Shown here: positions 1 through 6,954 of the stretch, piece by piece | Layout: each line of letters starts with the position of its first letter | How positions within the stretch are numbered: position 1 is the stretch's first letter | Virus record (IMG/VR): IMGVR_UViG_2706796127_000001 | Span: 1 to 64,000 of that record | Source of the DNA: a virus | Lineage: Duplodnaviria; Heunggongvirae; Uroviricota; Caudoviricetes; Demerecviridae | Strand: one strand, 5' to 3' | Length of the DNA stretch: 64,000 nucleotides | Position numbers and translations under genes: made by a program | The notes under the pieces: model-generated | Told to the model about the DNA's origin: nothing | The model's database searches: none | What the model saw: the letters and a program-made list of their open reading frames with translations, nothing else

Positions 1-95
1 TGGAGGTAGGTAAGGGGATCGAACCCTTACACCGTATCACTACGATCAACCGATTTCAAGTCGGAGTCCAGCGCCAGCCATTGGATTGACCTACC
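1..95 (-). tRNA. tRNA-Ser (anticodon UGA), class II with long variable arm, CCA encoded
   Basis: The reverse complement reads GGTAGGT...ACCTACC-T-CCA, giving a perfect 7-bp acceptor stem. The T-loop is GGGTTCGATCCCC. The anticodon stem CCGA/TCGG carries loop CTTGAAA. Confidence 0.7.
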
Positions 96-107
96 ATATA
101 AATTGTT

Positions 108-201
108 TGGCGGAAAAGATGGGAGTTGAACCCATAAGGCGGTATTGCTACCACTCAACCGATTTCCAATCGGGTTTAGTCACCAATCTATTTGCTTTTC
201 C
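108..201 (-). tRNA. tRNA-Ser (anticodon GGA), class II, CCA encoded
   Basis: The acceptor stem is GGAAAAG/CTTTTCC, followed by G-CCA. The T-arm is GGGTTCAACTCCC. The anticodon loop is TTGGAAA on stem CCGA/TCGG. Confidence 0.65.
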
Positions 202-207
202 GTTGTT

Positions 208-293
208 TGGTGGGTTAGGAGAGACTCGAACTCTCACGCACTTAAGCAAGGGCTTCTAAGACCCTCGTGGCTACCCATTACACCACTAACCCC
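208..293 (-). tRNA. tRNA-Leu (anticodon UAG), class II, CCA encoded
   Basis: The acceptor stem is GGGTTAG/CTAACCC. The T-arm is GAGAGTTCGAGTCTCTC. The anticodon stem AGGGT/GCCCT carries loop CTTAGAA. The variable arm is long. Confidence 0.65.
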
Positions 294-298
294 GAATT

Positions 299-373
299 TG
301 GTGGACAAAGAGGGACTCGAACCCTCCCTACCAGATTGCAAGTCTGGTGTGCTCCCGCTGACACTATTCGCCC
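299..373 (-). tRNA. tRNA-Ala (anticodon UGC), G3:U70 present, CCA encoded
   Basis: The acceptor stem GGGCGAA/TTTGTCC includes a G3-U70 wobble, the Ala identity pair. The anticodon stem CCAGA/TCTGG carries loop CTTGCAA. The T-arm is GAGGGTTCGAGTCCCTC. Confidence 0.6.
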
Positions 374-750
374 AAAACTGTAATTCCCGCATGTATCTCT
401 CTATGACAGTTAGAGCATAGAAGTACACACTTTTTTAATTCCGCTAAAACTACTTCTTTGTTGCGTCTGGAAGATTTAAAAGTAGATACGCTGTATTCCT
501 TTTCAGCAGGGTCTAAATGATGAAACTCTAGGGCTGCTTTGCACTTAGAGTACCCACAAATTTGGCACTCTAATTTAGGAAATACTTCGTTAATCATAGC
601 ATAGTAGCTATCTTTTCTTTCTCCATTTTCGCATAATTTACATGTTGGTTTCCACTTTTTCTTGCCACTAGGATGATACCCATTAGAATAAAAATATTCA
701 GTAGTAAGAGGAAGTTCGTCCCCACATGCTCTACAAACTTTTGTTTCCAC
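364..750 (-). CDS. HNH homing endonuclease (GTG start at 750)
   Basis: The protein has the HNH pattern Cys...HHLDP...NCHREIH. A ribosome-binding site AAGGAA lies upstream of the GTG start. The 3' end overlaps the 5' end of tRNA-Ala by about 10 nt. Confidence 0.6.
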   Translation of the reverse strand: METKVCRACGDELPLTTEYFYSNGYHPSGKKKWKPTCKLCENGERKDSYYAMINEVFPKLECQICGYSKCKAALEFHHLDPAEKEYSVSTFKSSRRNKEVVLAELKKCVLLCSNCHREIHAGITVLGE

Positions 751-994
751 TTAGTTAATTCCTTCTAGTTTACTAAGGCTATTAGCTCGGCGTAACTACA
801 GCACCTTCGCTTCGAGCGGAAGGAACCGCGTCATCTCGCAAACCCGATACACTATTCAGTTGCCGCTGAATCTAGTGGACTAATCTAGAACTTCTCCCGA
901 ATCGTAGGGATCGTGCTTTTGGCAGCCAGTCCTAGGTCGAGCTAATACCTTAGCGAACTATGATGAGGATTTCTCCTCATCAATTTATATAAAT

Positions 995-1023
995 ATTATA
1001 ACAAGAAATTAAGCATCAAGCAA
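995..1023 (-). promoter_or_regulatory. phage early promoter (TTGCTT-17-TATAAT on minus strand)
   Basis: The reverse complement reads TTGCTT, a 17-nt spacer, then TATAAT, followed by ATTTATATAAATTGATGAGGAG. It belongs to the repeated promoter family. Confidence 0.6.
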
Positions 1024-1123
1024 CTGCGTTTTTCTTGAAATTGGTAGCGGGTTCCAGTACTGCCCTGGACTTACTTAGCTTATGAGACTAAGAAGAACTC
1101 TATGCCTCCCACCCGCAATTGTT

Positions 1124-1201
1124 TGGTCAGGGTATAGAGATTCGAACTCTAAAGATTTCCTCGCCCCAAACGAGGTGGCGTACCTTATCACCCTTACCCT
1201 G
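1124..1201 (-). tRNA. tRNA-Pro (anticodon UGG)
   Basis: The acceptor stem is CAGGGTA/TACCCTG, followed by A-CCA. The anticodon stem CCTCG/CGAGG carries loop TTTGGGG. The T-loop is TTCGAAT. Confidence 0.7.
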
Positions 1202-1209
1202 ATTTTTTA

Positions 1210-1557
1210 TTAGTTTAACCGTAAAGTATTATCTACTTCACCATTAATTGTTCGGCATTCTTCTGGGATTGCCGGGGTAGCCTTATATTCCCACCACTCA
1301 GCACCATCATATTCCCCGCGTTCTAGCCAAGTTCCGTCGGCAAACCATACATTACCATAAAGTAATTGCCCACCATATCCAGAATCATATTCAAAGTCTA
1401 GGTTATTAAGAAAATCCTCAATATCTTCTTCTGTATAACCTAAAGGTAATACCCAAACTTTTTTATCCCCATAATACCCGAATTCTATTTTAATACACTT
1501 AACTTCAGAATTAGTATTTTTTAAGGCAAGTAACAACTCTTCTTTAGCATTACGCAT
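1210..1557 (-). CDS. hypothetical protein (115 aa)
   Basis: This ORF lies on the same strand as the early module. There is no recognisable motif. Confidence 0.45.
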   Translation of the reverse strand: MRNAKEELLLALKNTNSEVKCIKIEFGYYGDKKVWVLPLGYTEEDIEDFLNNLDFEYDSGYGGQLLYGNVWFADGTWLERGEYDGAEWWEYKATPAIPEECRTINGEVDNTLRLN

Positions 1558-1582
1558 AATATATTCTCATACTGAATTAATT

Positions 1583-1657
1583 TGGGGGTACTAAGGGTAA
1601 TCGAAACCCTATCTCTCCCGTGACAGGGGAGTATCCTAACCGTTAGACTATAGTACC
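1583..1657 (-). tRNA. tRNA-Asp (anticodon GUC)
   Basis: The acceptor stem is GGTACTA/TAGTACC, followed by C-CCA. The anticodon stem CTCCC/GGGAG carries loop CTGTCAC. The T-arm is AGGGTTTCGATTACCCT. Confidence 0.7.
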
Positions 1658-1667
1658 TTTAACTTTT

Positions 1668-1853
1668 TTATTCAGCTTTGAGTTTTTCAATAGCTGCATT
1701 AAGTTCTTTAAGAAACTCTTTTCGTACATTAAGACGATTGAGACTTACTAGTATATCGTGTTTAAGTTCTTCGATGTATTTCTTTTCAACTTCAATATTG
1801 TTGATAGTGCTATCACGATGAACTTCTAGTTGCGCAATCACATTCTTGGACAT
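1668..1853 (-). CDS. hypothetical small coiled-coil protein (61 aa)
   Basis: Short ORF with a heptad-like charged composition. Confidence 0.35.
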   Translation of the reverse strand: MSKNVIAQLEVHRDSTINNIEVEKKYIEELKHDILVSLNRLNVRKEFLKELNAAIEKLKAE

Positions 1854-1955
1854 GCTTGTTTCCTCAGTTATTAATGAAAATGGTATCTGTGGCTGAATTC
1901 GATATCAGCAATGATAGCTGGTTGGCTACCGGTTTACTTAACTCTACACAGAATT

Positions 1956-2038
1956 TGGCGGGCCGTGTAGGATTCGAACCTACGTTGTCTTTCGACACGG
2001 ATTAACAATCCGCCGCCAAACCGCTTGGCTAACGACCC
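1956..2038 (-). tRNA. tRNA-Asn (anticodon GUU) with an atypically long (13-nt) variable arm
   Basis: The acceptor stem GGGTCGT/ACGGCCC includes one G-U pair. The anticodon stem GCGGA/TCCGT carries loop TTGTTAA. An extra stem-loop GTC-GAAA-GAC sits in the variable region. The T-arm is GTAGGTTCGAATCCTAC. Confidence 0.5.
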
Positions 2039-2121
2039 TAAATTTATACTGCTGACTAGGATTTTCACCTAGACGGAGTTAGCACCGTAGCGTGTAGCGG
2101 CATACCTCTCCAAACCGTGCC

Positions 2122-2160
2122 TCATCTTTCAATACCAGTTGCTATAACACGATTTTGCAT
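2122..2160 (-). CDS. 12-codon leader peptide ORF (MQNRVIATGIER) between promoter and tRNA genes
   Basis: A ribosome-binding site AAGGAG sits 7 nt before the ATG. The ORF is immediately downstream of an early promoter and upstream of tRNA-Asn. Confidence 0.3.
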   Translation of the reverse strand: MQNRVIATGIER

Positions 2161-2190
2161 TCGTTAACTCCTTCATCAATTTATATAACT

Positions 2191-2220
2191 ATTATATCAG
2201 AAATTTAAAGCAAAAGGCAA
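2191..2220 (-). promoter_or_regulatory. phage early promoter (TTGCCT-18-TATAAT)
   Basis: Member of the promoter family. The downstream box is ATATAAATTGATGAAGGAG. Confidence 0.55.
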
Positions 2221-2250
2221 GTACATTTTTAAAAATTCTGTTTGGAGGAG

Positions 2251-2457
2251 CTAAACTCCAGATTCTTCAGCCAAGTCTAGACTAATAAGAGATATAGCCA
2301 TAATTGCTGCTCCATGTTCTTTTTCTCCAGTCTCTTTAGCTAGAGTTATAATATCAAGAAATTGCTTATGAAAATCTGCAACCTCTTGAGTTATACCTGC
2401 CTCAGCAATCATGCCTTTAAGCATGAAACGTTGTGCGGTAATTTCAGGATTAGCCAT
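2251..2457 (-). CDS. hypothetical protein (68 aa)
   Basis: ORF on the module strand. Confidence 0.35.
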   Translation of the reverse strand: MANPEITAQRFMLKGMIAEAGITQEVADFHKQFLDIITLAKETGEKEHGAAIMAISLISLDLAEESGV

Positions 2458-2632
2458 GTTGTTTCTCCAGTTTCATCTTTAATAGCCTACAAATAAAATC
2501 AATGTCTTCATCCGTGCCTAGATCTCTATCTTCAAGAGTTGCCTTGAAGTTTTTAGTCAATTCCATGAGAATAACTTCTCTAGAACGAAGTGTTGGCGGA
2601 GGTGGATGTCTATACATCTTATTTCCTTAATT

Positions 2633-2707
2633 TGGTGGGTCGGAGGAGAATCTAACTCCTACTCATTAGCTTATGAGGCCACCGCTTTAACTTTAAGCTA
2701 CCGACCC
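2633..2707 (-). other. tRNA-like element (possible pseudo-tRNA; Met-like CUCAUAA loop but aberrant anticodon arm and T-loop)
   Basis: The acceptor stem GGGTCGG/CCGACCC is perfect and followed by A-CCA. The D-stem GCTT/AAGC is intact. The anticodon arm, however, folds as CTCAT-AAGCTA-ATGAG, a 6-nt loop. The T-loop TTAGATT is not canonical. Confidence 0.3.
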
Positions 2708-2713
2708 TATGTT

Positions 2714-2807
2714 TGGAGGAAGATGCCAGACTCGAACTGGCACACCGTGTTTCCACAGTTACTGGCTGTTTAGCAAACAGCTCCCTTACCTTTAGGGTTA
2801 ATCTTCC
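2714..2807 (-). tRNA. tRNA-Ser (anticodon GCU), class II
   Basis: The acceptor stem is GGAAGAT/ATCTTCC, followed by T-CCA. The anticodon stem GCTGT/ACAGC carries loop TTGCTAA. The T-arm is GCCAGTTCGAGTCTGGC. Confidence 0.65.
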
Positions 2808-2822
2808 GAATTTATAAGATAT

Positions 2823-2851
2823 ATTATATTAGAAATTTAGCTTCATAGCAA
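2823..2851 (-). promoter_or_regulatory. phage early promoter (TTGCTA-17-TATAAT)
   Basis: Member of the promoter family. It drives the tRNA cluster at 2.6..2.8 kb. Confidence 0.55.
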
Positions 2852-3347
2852 GAAAATTTTTCAAGTTTTCGGTAGACATCTCATCCACATCTACGGGAGA
2901 AACAAAGCCGTTTAATTTTCTAGCAAATTTTTCACCGGCAGGATCATTATCCCCAATAGCTACCAATTTAAAAGGTAATAATTTCAGTTGCTTTAATAAC
3001 GCTTTTCCTGGAGAAGAACCCAACATTGCCAGGGCTGGATAACCAGCGTTATGTAACGCAACTGCCTTAAATACAGATTCAGCAATCAATACTATTTTTT
3101 CATCTCCATTGAGAGTTTCTAGTCCCCATACACACTGGATAGTAGAATAAGTAAAATATTTAGCTTCAAATGGGCACTTACCATGACCTTTTGGAGCAGA
3201 AGGATTATACGTCTGATAGCCTCTCAACATCCCAGAGAAGTCATACAATGGGACTGTTAGCCACCCTTCCGGACTTAACCAGCAATGATATTTATCTGTA
3301 TCAAATCCTCTAGATAAGAGGTGCTGTGTTAGCTCATCAACATTCAT
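2829..3347 (-). CDS. stand-alone Toprim-domain protein (primase-like C-terminal domain without zinc finger)
   Basis: The protein has VLIAESVF and GDNDPAGEKFARKL (Toprim E and DxD motifs). It parallels the Toprim part of the primase at 38535..39425. The start is refined to the ATG at 3347, with a ribosome-binding site GAGAGGAA downstream of the promoter at 3378..3406. Confidence 0.55.
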   Translation of the reverse strand: MNVDELTQHLLSRGFDTDKYHCWLSPEGWLTVPLYDFSGMLRGYQTYNPSAPKGHGKCPFEAKYFTYSTIQCVWGLETLNGDEKIVLIAESVFKAVALHNAGYPALAMLGSSPGKALLKQLKLLPFKLVAIGDNDPAGEKFARKLNGFVSPVDVDEMSTENLKNFLAMKLNF

Positions 3348-3377
3348 ATTTGGTTCCTCTCTCAAATTTATAGATAT

Positions 3378-3406
3378 ATTATACAGAGAATTTAGCATTC
3401 AAGCAA
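3378..3406 (-). promoter_or_regulatory. phage early promoter (TTGCTT-17-TATAAT)
   Basis: Member of the promoter family. The downstream box is ATATATCTATAAATTTGAGAGAGGAACC. Confidence 0.6.
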
Positions 3407-3522
3407 TAAAATTTTTTAACTTTTTAGAGGAAAATCATAGGGCACTTAAGGGTAGCAGATAAGTGGTGAGGACCAAAATTTGTGACCCCACTAAAAATCC
3501 GGGGGCAATTTTTAAAGACCCC

Positions 3523-3551
3523 TTGACATTTTTGTTGGGGTAGTGTAAAGT
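3523..3551 (+). promoter_or_regulatory. canonical sigma70-like promoter TTGACA-17-TAAAGT
   Basis: TTGACA sits at 3523..3528 and TAAAGT at 3546..3551. It differs from the phage promoter family and precedes the low-complexity operon. Confidence 0.5.
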
Positions 3552-3613
3552 ATATGTTATGGATGAGTGATCAAAGAGACACACATTTTCTATATACTAG
3601 GAGGTGTCAAAAA

Positions 3614-4600
3614 ATGACAGAAGAAGTAGCTAAGAGTCCTGAGACCGTCGCTAGCGTTGCAGCAGAACTGCACCGTCACGAGGAATCAGATAAGAAAAAG
3701 TGGGAGAAGGTCAGAGCCTACGAAGAAAAACATCGTGAACATGATGATGAAGAAGATGACGATGATGAACATTGTCATAAATATGGAAAACATAAAATGC
3801 AAGAACCAGTAAACGTATTCACTAGTGGCTTCCCTGGCCTACTGGGTGGTTACCCAGCAAACGCAGGTGCTTTCGGTGGTGAAGGTATGGGACTATTCGG
3901 AGCTATCCTAATCGGTGCTCTATTAACAGGCGGATTCGGTGGTTTCGGTGGATTCGGTGGACGTGGTATAGTTGGTGATGGTACCGCAGTTGATGCAGTA
4001 CTTCAGAACCAAGATACCGCTAGTATTCTAGCAGCTATTAACACTACTCGTACAGAAGCTAATCAGGGTACTGGAGCTGTTTTAAGCGCAGTTAACAATG
4101 GTTTTAGCCAGACATCCCAAAACCAGAGCCGTGATACTCAGTCTGTACTAACTACGATCTATGGTACGGGTGCTAATCTGTCTAATCAAATCTGCCAGGA
4201 AACTCGCAACGTTATTCAGGGTCAGTTCGATCTTTCTCGCCAGATTGATCAATCTTTCGCAGCTAATCAGATAGCTCGTGCACAAGATAAGTTTGATTCT
4301 GCACAGATCGCTTTCCAGCAGACTTTACAAACTAATAACCAGTTTGCCGCTGTTCAGGCTCAGATGTGTGCTAACCAGAACTCTCTGGAACGTCAGATCG
4401 CTGAATGTTGCTGTGAACTTCAGACTGCGATCGCTGGTGTAACTACTGCGCGTATCCAGGATGAGTTAGACGCATGTCGCCTACGTGAAGCAATCGCTGC
4501 GGGTAGCGGTGCTAACGGTCAGGTAATTAATCAAATCGCTTTAAGTCTTGGTGCTATCACTCAGACTCTGGCTGGTCTGCAGGCTAAACTGCCGGCTTAA
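3614..4600 (+). CDS. low-complexity protein: acidic/His-rich N-terminus, glycine-zipper hydrophobic segment, long Q/N/A/T-rich C-terminal region
   Basis: A ribosome-binding site AGGAGGTG sits before the ATG at 3614. Motifs include HREHDDEEDDDDEHCH, GLFGAILIGALLTGGFGGFGGFGG and long runs of QNQ/AANQ. The gene uses E. coli-preferred codons (cgt, ctg, ggt). Confidence 0.6.
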   Translation: MTEEVAKSPETVASVAAELHRHEESDKKKWEKVRAYEEKHREHDDEEDDDDEHCHKYGKHKMQEPVNVFTSGFPGLLGGYPANAGAFGGEGMGLFGAILIGALLTGGFGGFGGFGGRGIVGDGTAVDAVLQNQDTASILAAINTTRTEANQGTGAVLSAVNNGFSQTSQNQSRDTQSVLTTIYGTGANLSNQICQETRNVIQGQFDLSRQIDQSFAANQIARAQDKFDSAQIAFQQTLQTNNQFAAVQAQMCANQNSLERQIAECCCELQTAIAGVTTARIQDELDACRLREAIAAGSGANGQVINQIALSLGAITQTLAGLQAKLPA

Positions 4601-4621
4601 TATTAAGGGGAGGAGCCCATT

Positions 4622-5038
4622 ATGAGTAAATATGGTTTTGTAAATAACGGACTTAATCAAAGTATGGGCTCCCAGCAGCCCATTCCGGGTCTGGATAACC
4701 CCTACTTACAACAATTGCAACAGCGTTTAGCAGAAGCGCAACAGATGCAGCAACAACTCCAGCAAAATCCTGGAAGTGTGAGTCCTATGCAAATGATGCA
4801 GCAAATGAGCGGGCAGTCGCAAATGCCCCAACAAATGCAGCAACAGATGCCGCAGCAGCAAGTTCAGCAACAAACCCAACAACCGCAGGTTTCTGCGGAA
4901 GGACAGGCAGTACTAGCCCTTTTCGAAGACTTCGCAAAGACAGAGGATGGGAAGCAGCTTGTATCACTTATGGGTAAGTTTAATAGCTTCTGCCAAAGCC
5001 AAGTTGCAAAAGCTCAAAATGGTGGTAATAACTCCTAA
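4622..5038 (+). CDS. glutamine-rich low-complexity protein (138 aa)
   Basis: A strong ribosome-binding site AAGGGGAGGAG precedes the gene. Roughly 35% of residues are Gln, in QQMQQQ runs. Confidence 0.55.
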   Translation: MSKYGFVNNGLNQSMGSQQPIPGLDNPYLQQLQQRLAEAQQMQQQLQQNPGSVSPMQMMQQMSGQSQMPQQMQQQMPQQQVQQQTQQPQVSAEGQAVLALFEDFAKTEDGKQLVSLMGKFNSFCQSQVAKAQNGGNNS

Positions 5039-5047
5039 GGAGGAATT

Positions 5048-5242
5048 ATGTGTTGCAGAAAATCTGTTTCGTGCTGCCCAATGCCTGTAGCACGTTGTTG
5101 CTCTTCAGCAATGTTTACACAAATACCGGCGTTCAATCCGTTTGCCTTTAAGCCTACTCTTATCCTGCCCCCTAGAGTAGATTTTCAGTCAAGGTTGGCC
5201 TCCCGTATGGGTGGTTGCTGTAATAAGAGTATATGGTTCTAA
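5048..5242 (+). CDS. small Cys-rich protein with four CC dyads (64 aa)
   Basis: A ribosome-binding site AAGGAGG sits 5 nt before the ATG. CC pairs occur at residues 2-3, 9-10, 17-18 and 57-58. It is the last gene before the terminator. Confidence 0.45.
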   Translation: MCCRKSVSCCPMPVARCCSSAMFTQIPAFNPFAFKPTLILPPRVDFQSRLASRMGGCCNKSIWF

Positions 5243-5257
5243 AGAACCAAACAATAA

Positions 5258-5293
5258 AGCCCCTAAGTCTTTCGACTAGGGGCTTTTCTTTTA
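5258..5293 (+). terminator. rho-independent terminator (end of plus-strand operon)
   Basis: The hairpin AGCCCCTAAGTC...GACTAGGGGCT is followed by TTTTCTTTT. Confidence 0.6.
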
Positions 5294-5302
5294 TCTTAAA
5301 TA

Positions 5303-5336
5303 CAGAAAAACCCTGCGCTCTTCAGGGAACGCAGGG
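5303..5336 (-). terminator. rho-independent terminator for the minus-strand SPFH gene
   Basis: The hairpin CCCTGCG...CGCAGGG is followed on the minus strand by TTTTTCTGTATTT. Confidence 0.55.
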
Positions 5337-5362
5337 CTTACTTCAGATGTTACGTGCGGATA

Positions 5363-6313
5363 TTATTTATTACGCATATCCATAATCATTTGACCGTCGT
5401 AGCCAGTGCCAACCACAGTCTGCGGTACACCACCTTGATATTTCTGAGCACGAATCATTTCAACTTCCAATTGCTTCCAACGAATCATCTCAGGAGTAAT
5501 GGTACGTTGCAATGCGGCGTTAGCTTCAGCTTCTTTCTTAGCTGCGTACAGTTTAGCATCTGCGTCACGTTCATTAGCAATAGCTTGGTTGTTGCGAGCT
5601 TCACGGTCTGCTTCTGCCTGTTTAACTTTTTGCTGTGCTTCCTGCTCAACACGAGCTAATTCAGCTTTAGCAGCATTAACCTGTTCTTCACGAACTTTGG
5701 TATTCTGTACCTGTTCCATGATTACCGGTGGCAAAGTAATATCCTGAAGGAACACCTGCTTAACTGTGTAACCATATGGGCGTGCGTACTCTTCAACTTC
5801 CTGTTGAATTGCAGTTTGCAATTGAGCCTGAATTTTAGCATCAAACAAATCTTGTGCTTTAGGTACAGACTTACCAAACTCACGAATAGTAGACAGTAAT
5901 TTTTCAGTTACATATTTGTCTAACGCTTGATCCTGAGTACCTGCATTAATATGGTTAATCGGTGCCTTAGAACCATCAAACTGCAACATAACAGTCAGGT
6001 CAACAGTGGATTTAAACTTATCCTGACTAGGAACCTGAAGTTTATCTAATTTTAGAGCAATATCTTTTGTACTAAAAGTATCGAAAGAAGCAAAAGGATT
6101 TACAATATGAAAGCCGGGTAATACTGGATTAGGGTCTACTTTACCCAGGAAAGTCTGGGTTTTAACAGTACCGTCTTGAACAACAGTATAGGAGTTAAGG
6201 GCCAGAACTAAACCTACCAAACCAACTGTAGCACCAACTACGATGCGCTTAACAGTGCGAATGTTCTTTTGTTCGGTGGTCAACGGCTTGTCAGATTTGT
6301 TTTTGCTAAACAT
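5363..6313 (-). CDS. SPFH/band-7 (prohibitin/HflC-like) membrane protein
   Basis: An N-terminal TM helix VVGATVGLVGLVLAL is followed by a band-7 core and a long E/A/K/Q-rich coiled-coil tail. Confidence 0.65.
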   Translation of the reverse strand: MFSKNKSDKPLTTEQKNIRTVKRIVVGATVGLVGLVLALNSYTVVQDGTVKTQTFLGKVDPNPVLPGFHIVNPFASFDTFSTKDIALKLDKLQVPSQDKFKSTVDLTVMLQFDGSKAPINHINAGTQDQALDKYVTEKLLSTIREFGKSVPKAQDLFDAKIQAQLQTAIQQEVEEYARPYGYTVKQVFLQDITLPPVIMEQVQNTKVREEQVNAAKAELARVEQEAQQKVKQAEADREARNNQAIANERDADAKLYAAKKEAEANAALQRTITPEMIRWKQLEVEMIRAQKYQGGVPQTVVGTGYDGQMIMDMRNK

Positions 6314-6349
6314 ATAGTTCCTTTGCTTTTGGTTATGATGAATGAAAAT

Positions 6350-6426
6350 TGGTACTCCGTAAGGGATTCGAACCCCTAATCAAGAACTTAGAACGATCTT
6401 GCCTTATCCAATTTGGCCAACGGAGC
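6350..6426 (-). tRNA. tRNA-Arg (anticodon UCU)
   Basis: The acceptor stem GCTCCGT/ACGGAGT includes G1-U72 and is followed by A-CCA. The T-arm is AGGGGTTCGAATCCCTT. The anticodon loop is GTTCTAA, and its stem has one mismatch. The tRNA overlaps the 3' end of the CDS 6388..6954 by 39 nt. Confidence 0.5.
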
Positions 6427-6954
6427 ATGAATCTGGGTTTTAATTAGTTCTTCCACAAGTGAAGGGTTTAGTTTAAACCATTCTCCTGTGGTGTTGTAGT
6501 CTTTAAATGTTCTATGCACTAAGTTCTCTACTGAATAAGCATCTTCACAGAAGAACCATCTGAGTATACGGAAGGATTTTTCCGGTGAGAAACAATTTGC
6601 TTCTTCTAACCTGCGGGCAGGTTCTATGGACTTACCTACTTTTATAAACTCAGGGCATTTGGAATCTTGCATTATGTAGACAAAACCTTCCCTAGACCTT
6701 AACTTGCTAACCACCGTACAATCACGATATTTTAATAGGTTGATAGCTGCTAGTCTGAAATATTGTCGCAGTAAACTTTTTTGTTTACTTGGTCTTAGTT
6801 TTGAGAATGCTAGTTTATCTTCTATTTTTAGTAAAGCCACTTGATTTACTAAACTGTAAGTAATTTTGAACCATTCATCACATTTAGGGATCAGCCCTAA
6901 ATTAATGGCTTTAGTTATTTGTCCTGTGTCATAGGAGTTATCTCTCATATACAT
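6388..6954 (-). CDS. T5orf172-domain (GIY-YIG-like) protein
   Basis: The C-terminal half carries GFVYIM...KVGKS...RRLEE...VENLVH...GEWF, the T5orf172/MUG113-type motif. Confidence 0.5.
   Translation of the reverse strand: MYMRDNSYDTGQITKAINLGLIPKCDEWFKITYSLVNQVALLKIEDKLAFSKLRPSKQKSLLRQYFRLAAINLLKYRDCTVVSKLRSREGFVYIMQDSKCPEFIKVGKSIEPARRLEEANCFSPEKSFRILRWFFCEDAYSVENLVHRTFKDYNTTGEWFKLNPSLVEELIKTQIHAPLAKLDKARSF

Noticed and set aside
145-428. ORFs 145..420 (+) and 234..428 (-)
   Set aside because: Both lie entirely within the tRNA-Ser/Leu/Ala cluster and are translations of tRNA genes.
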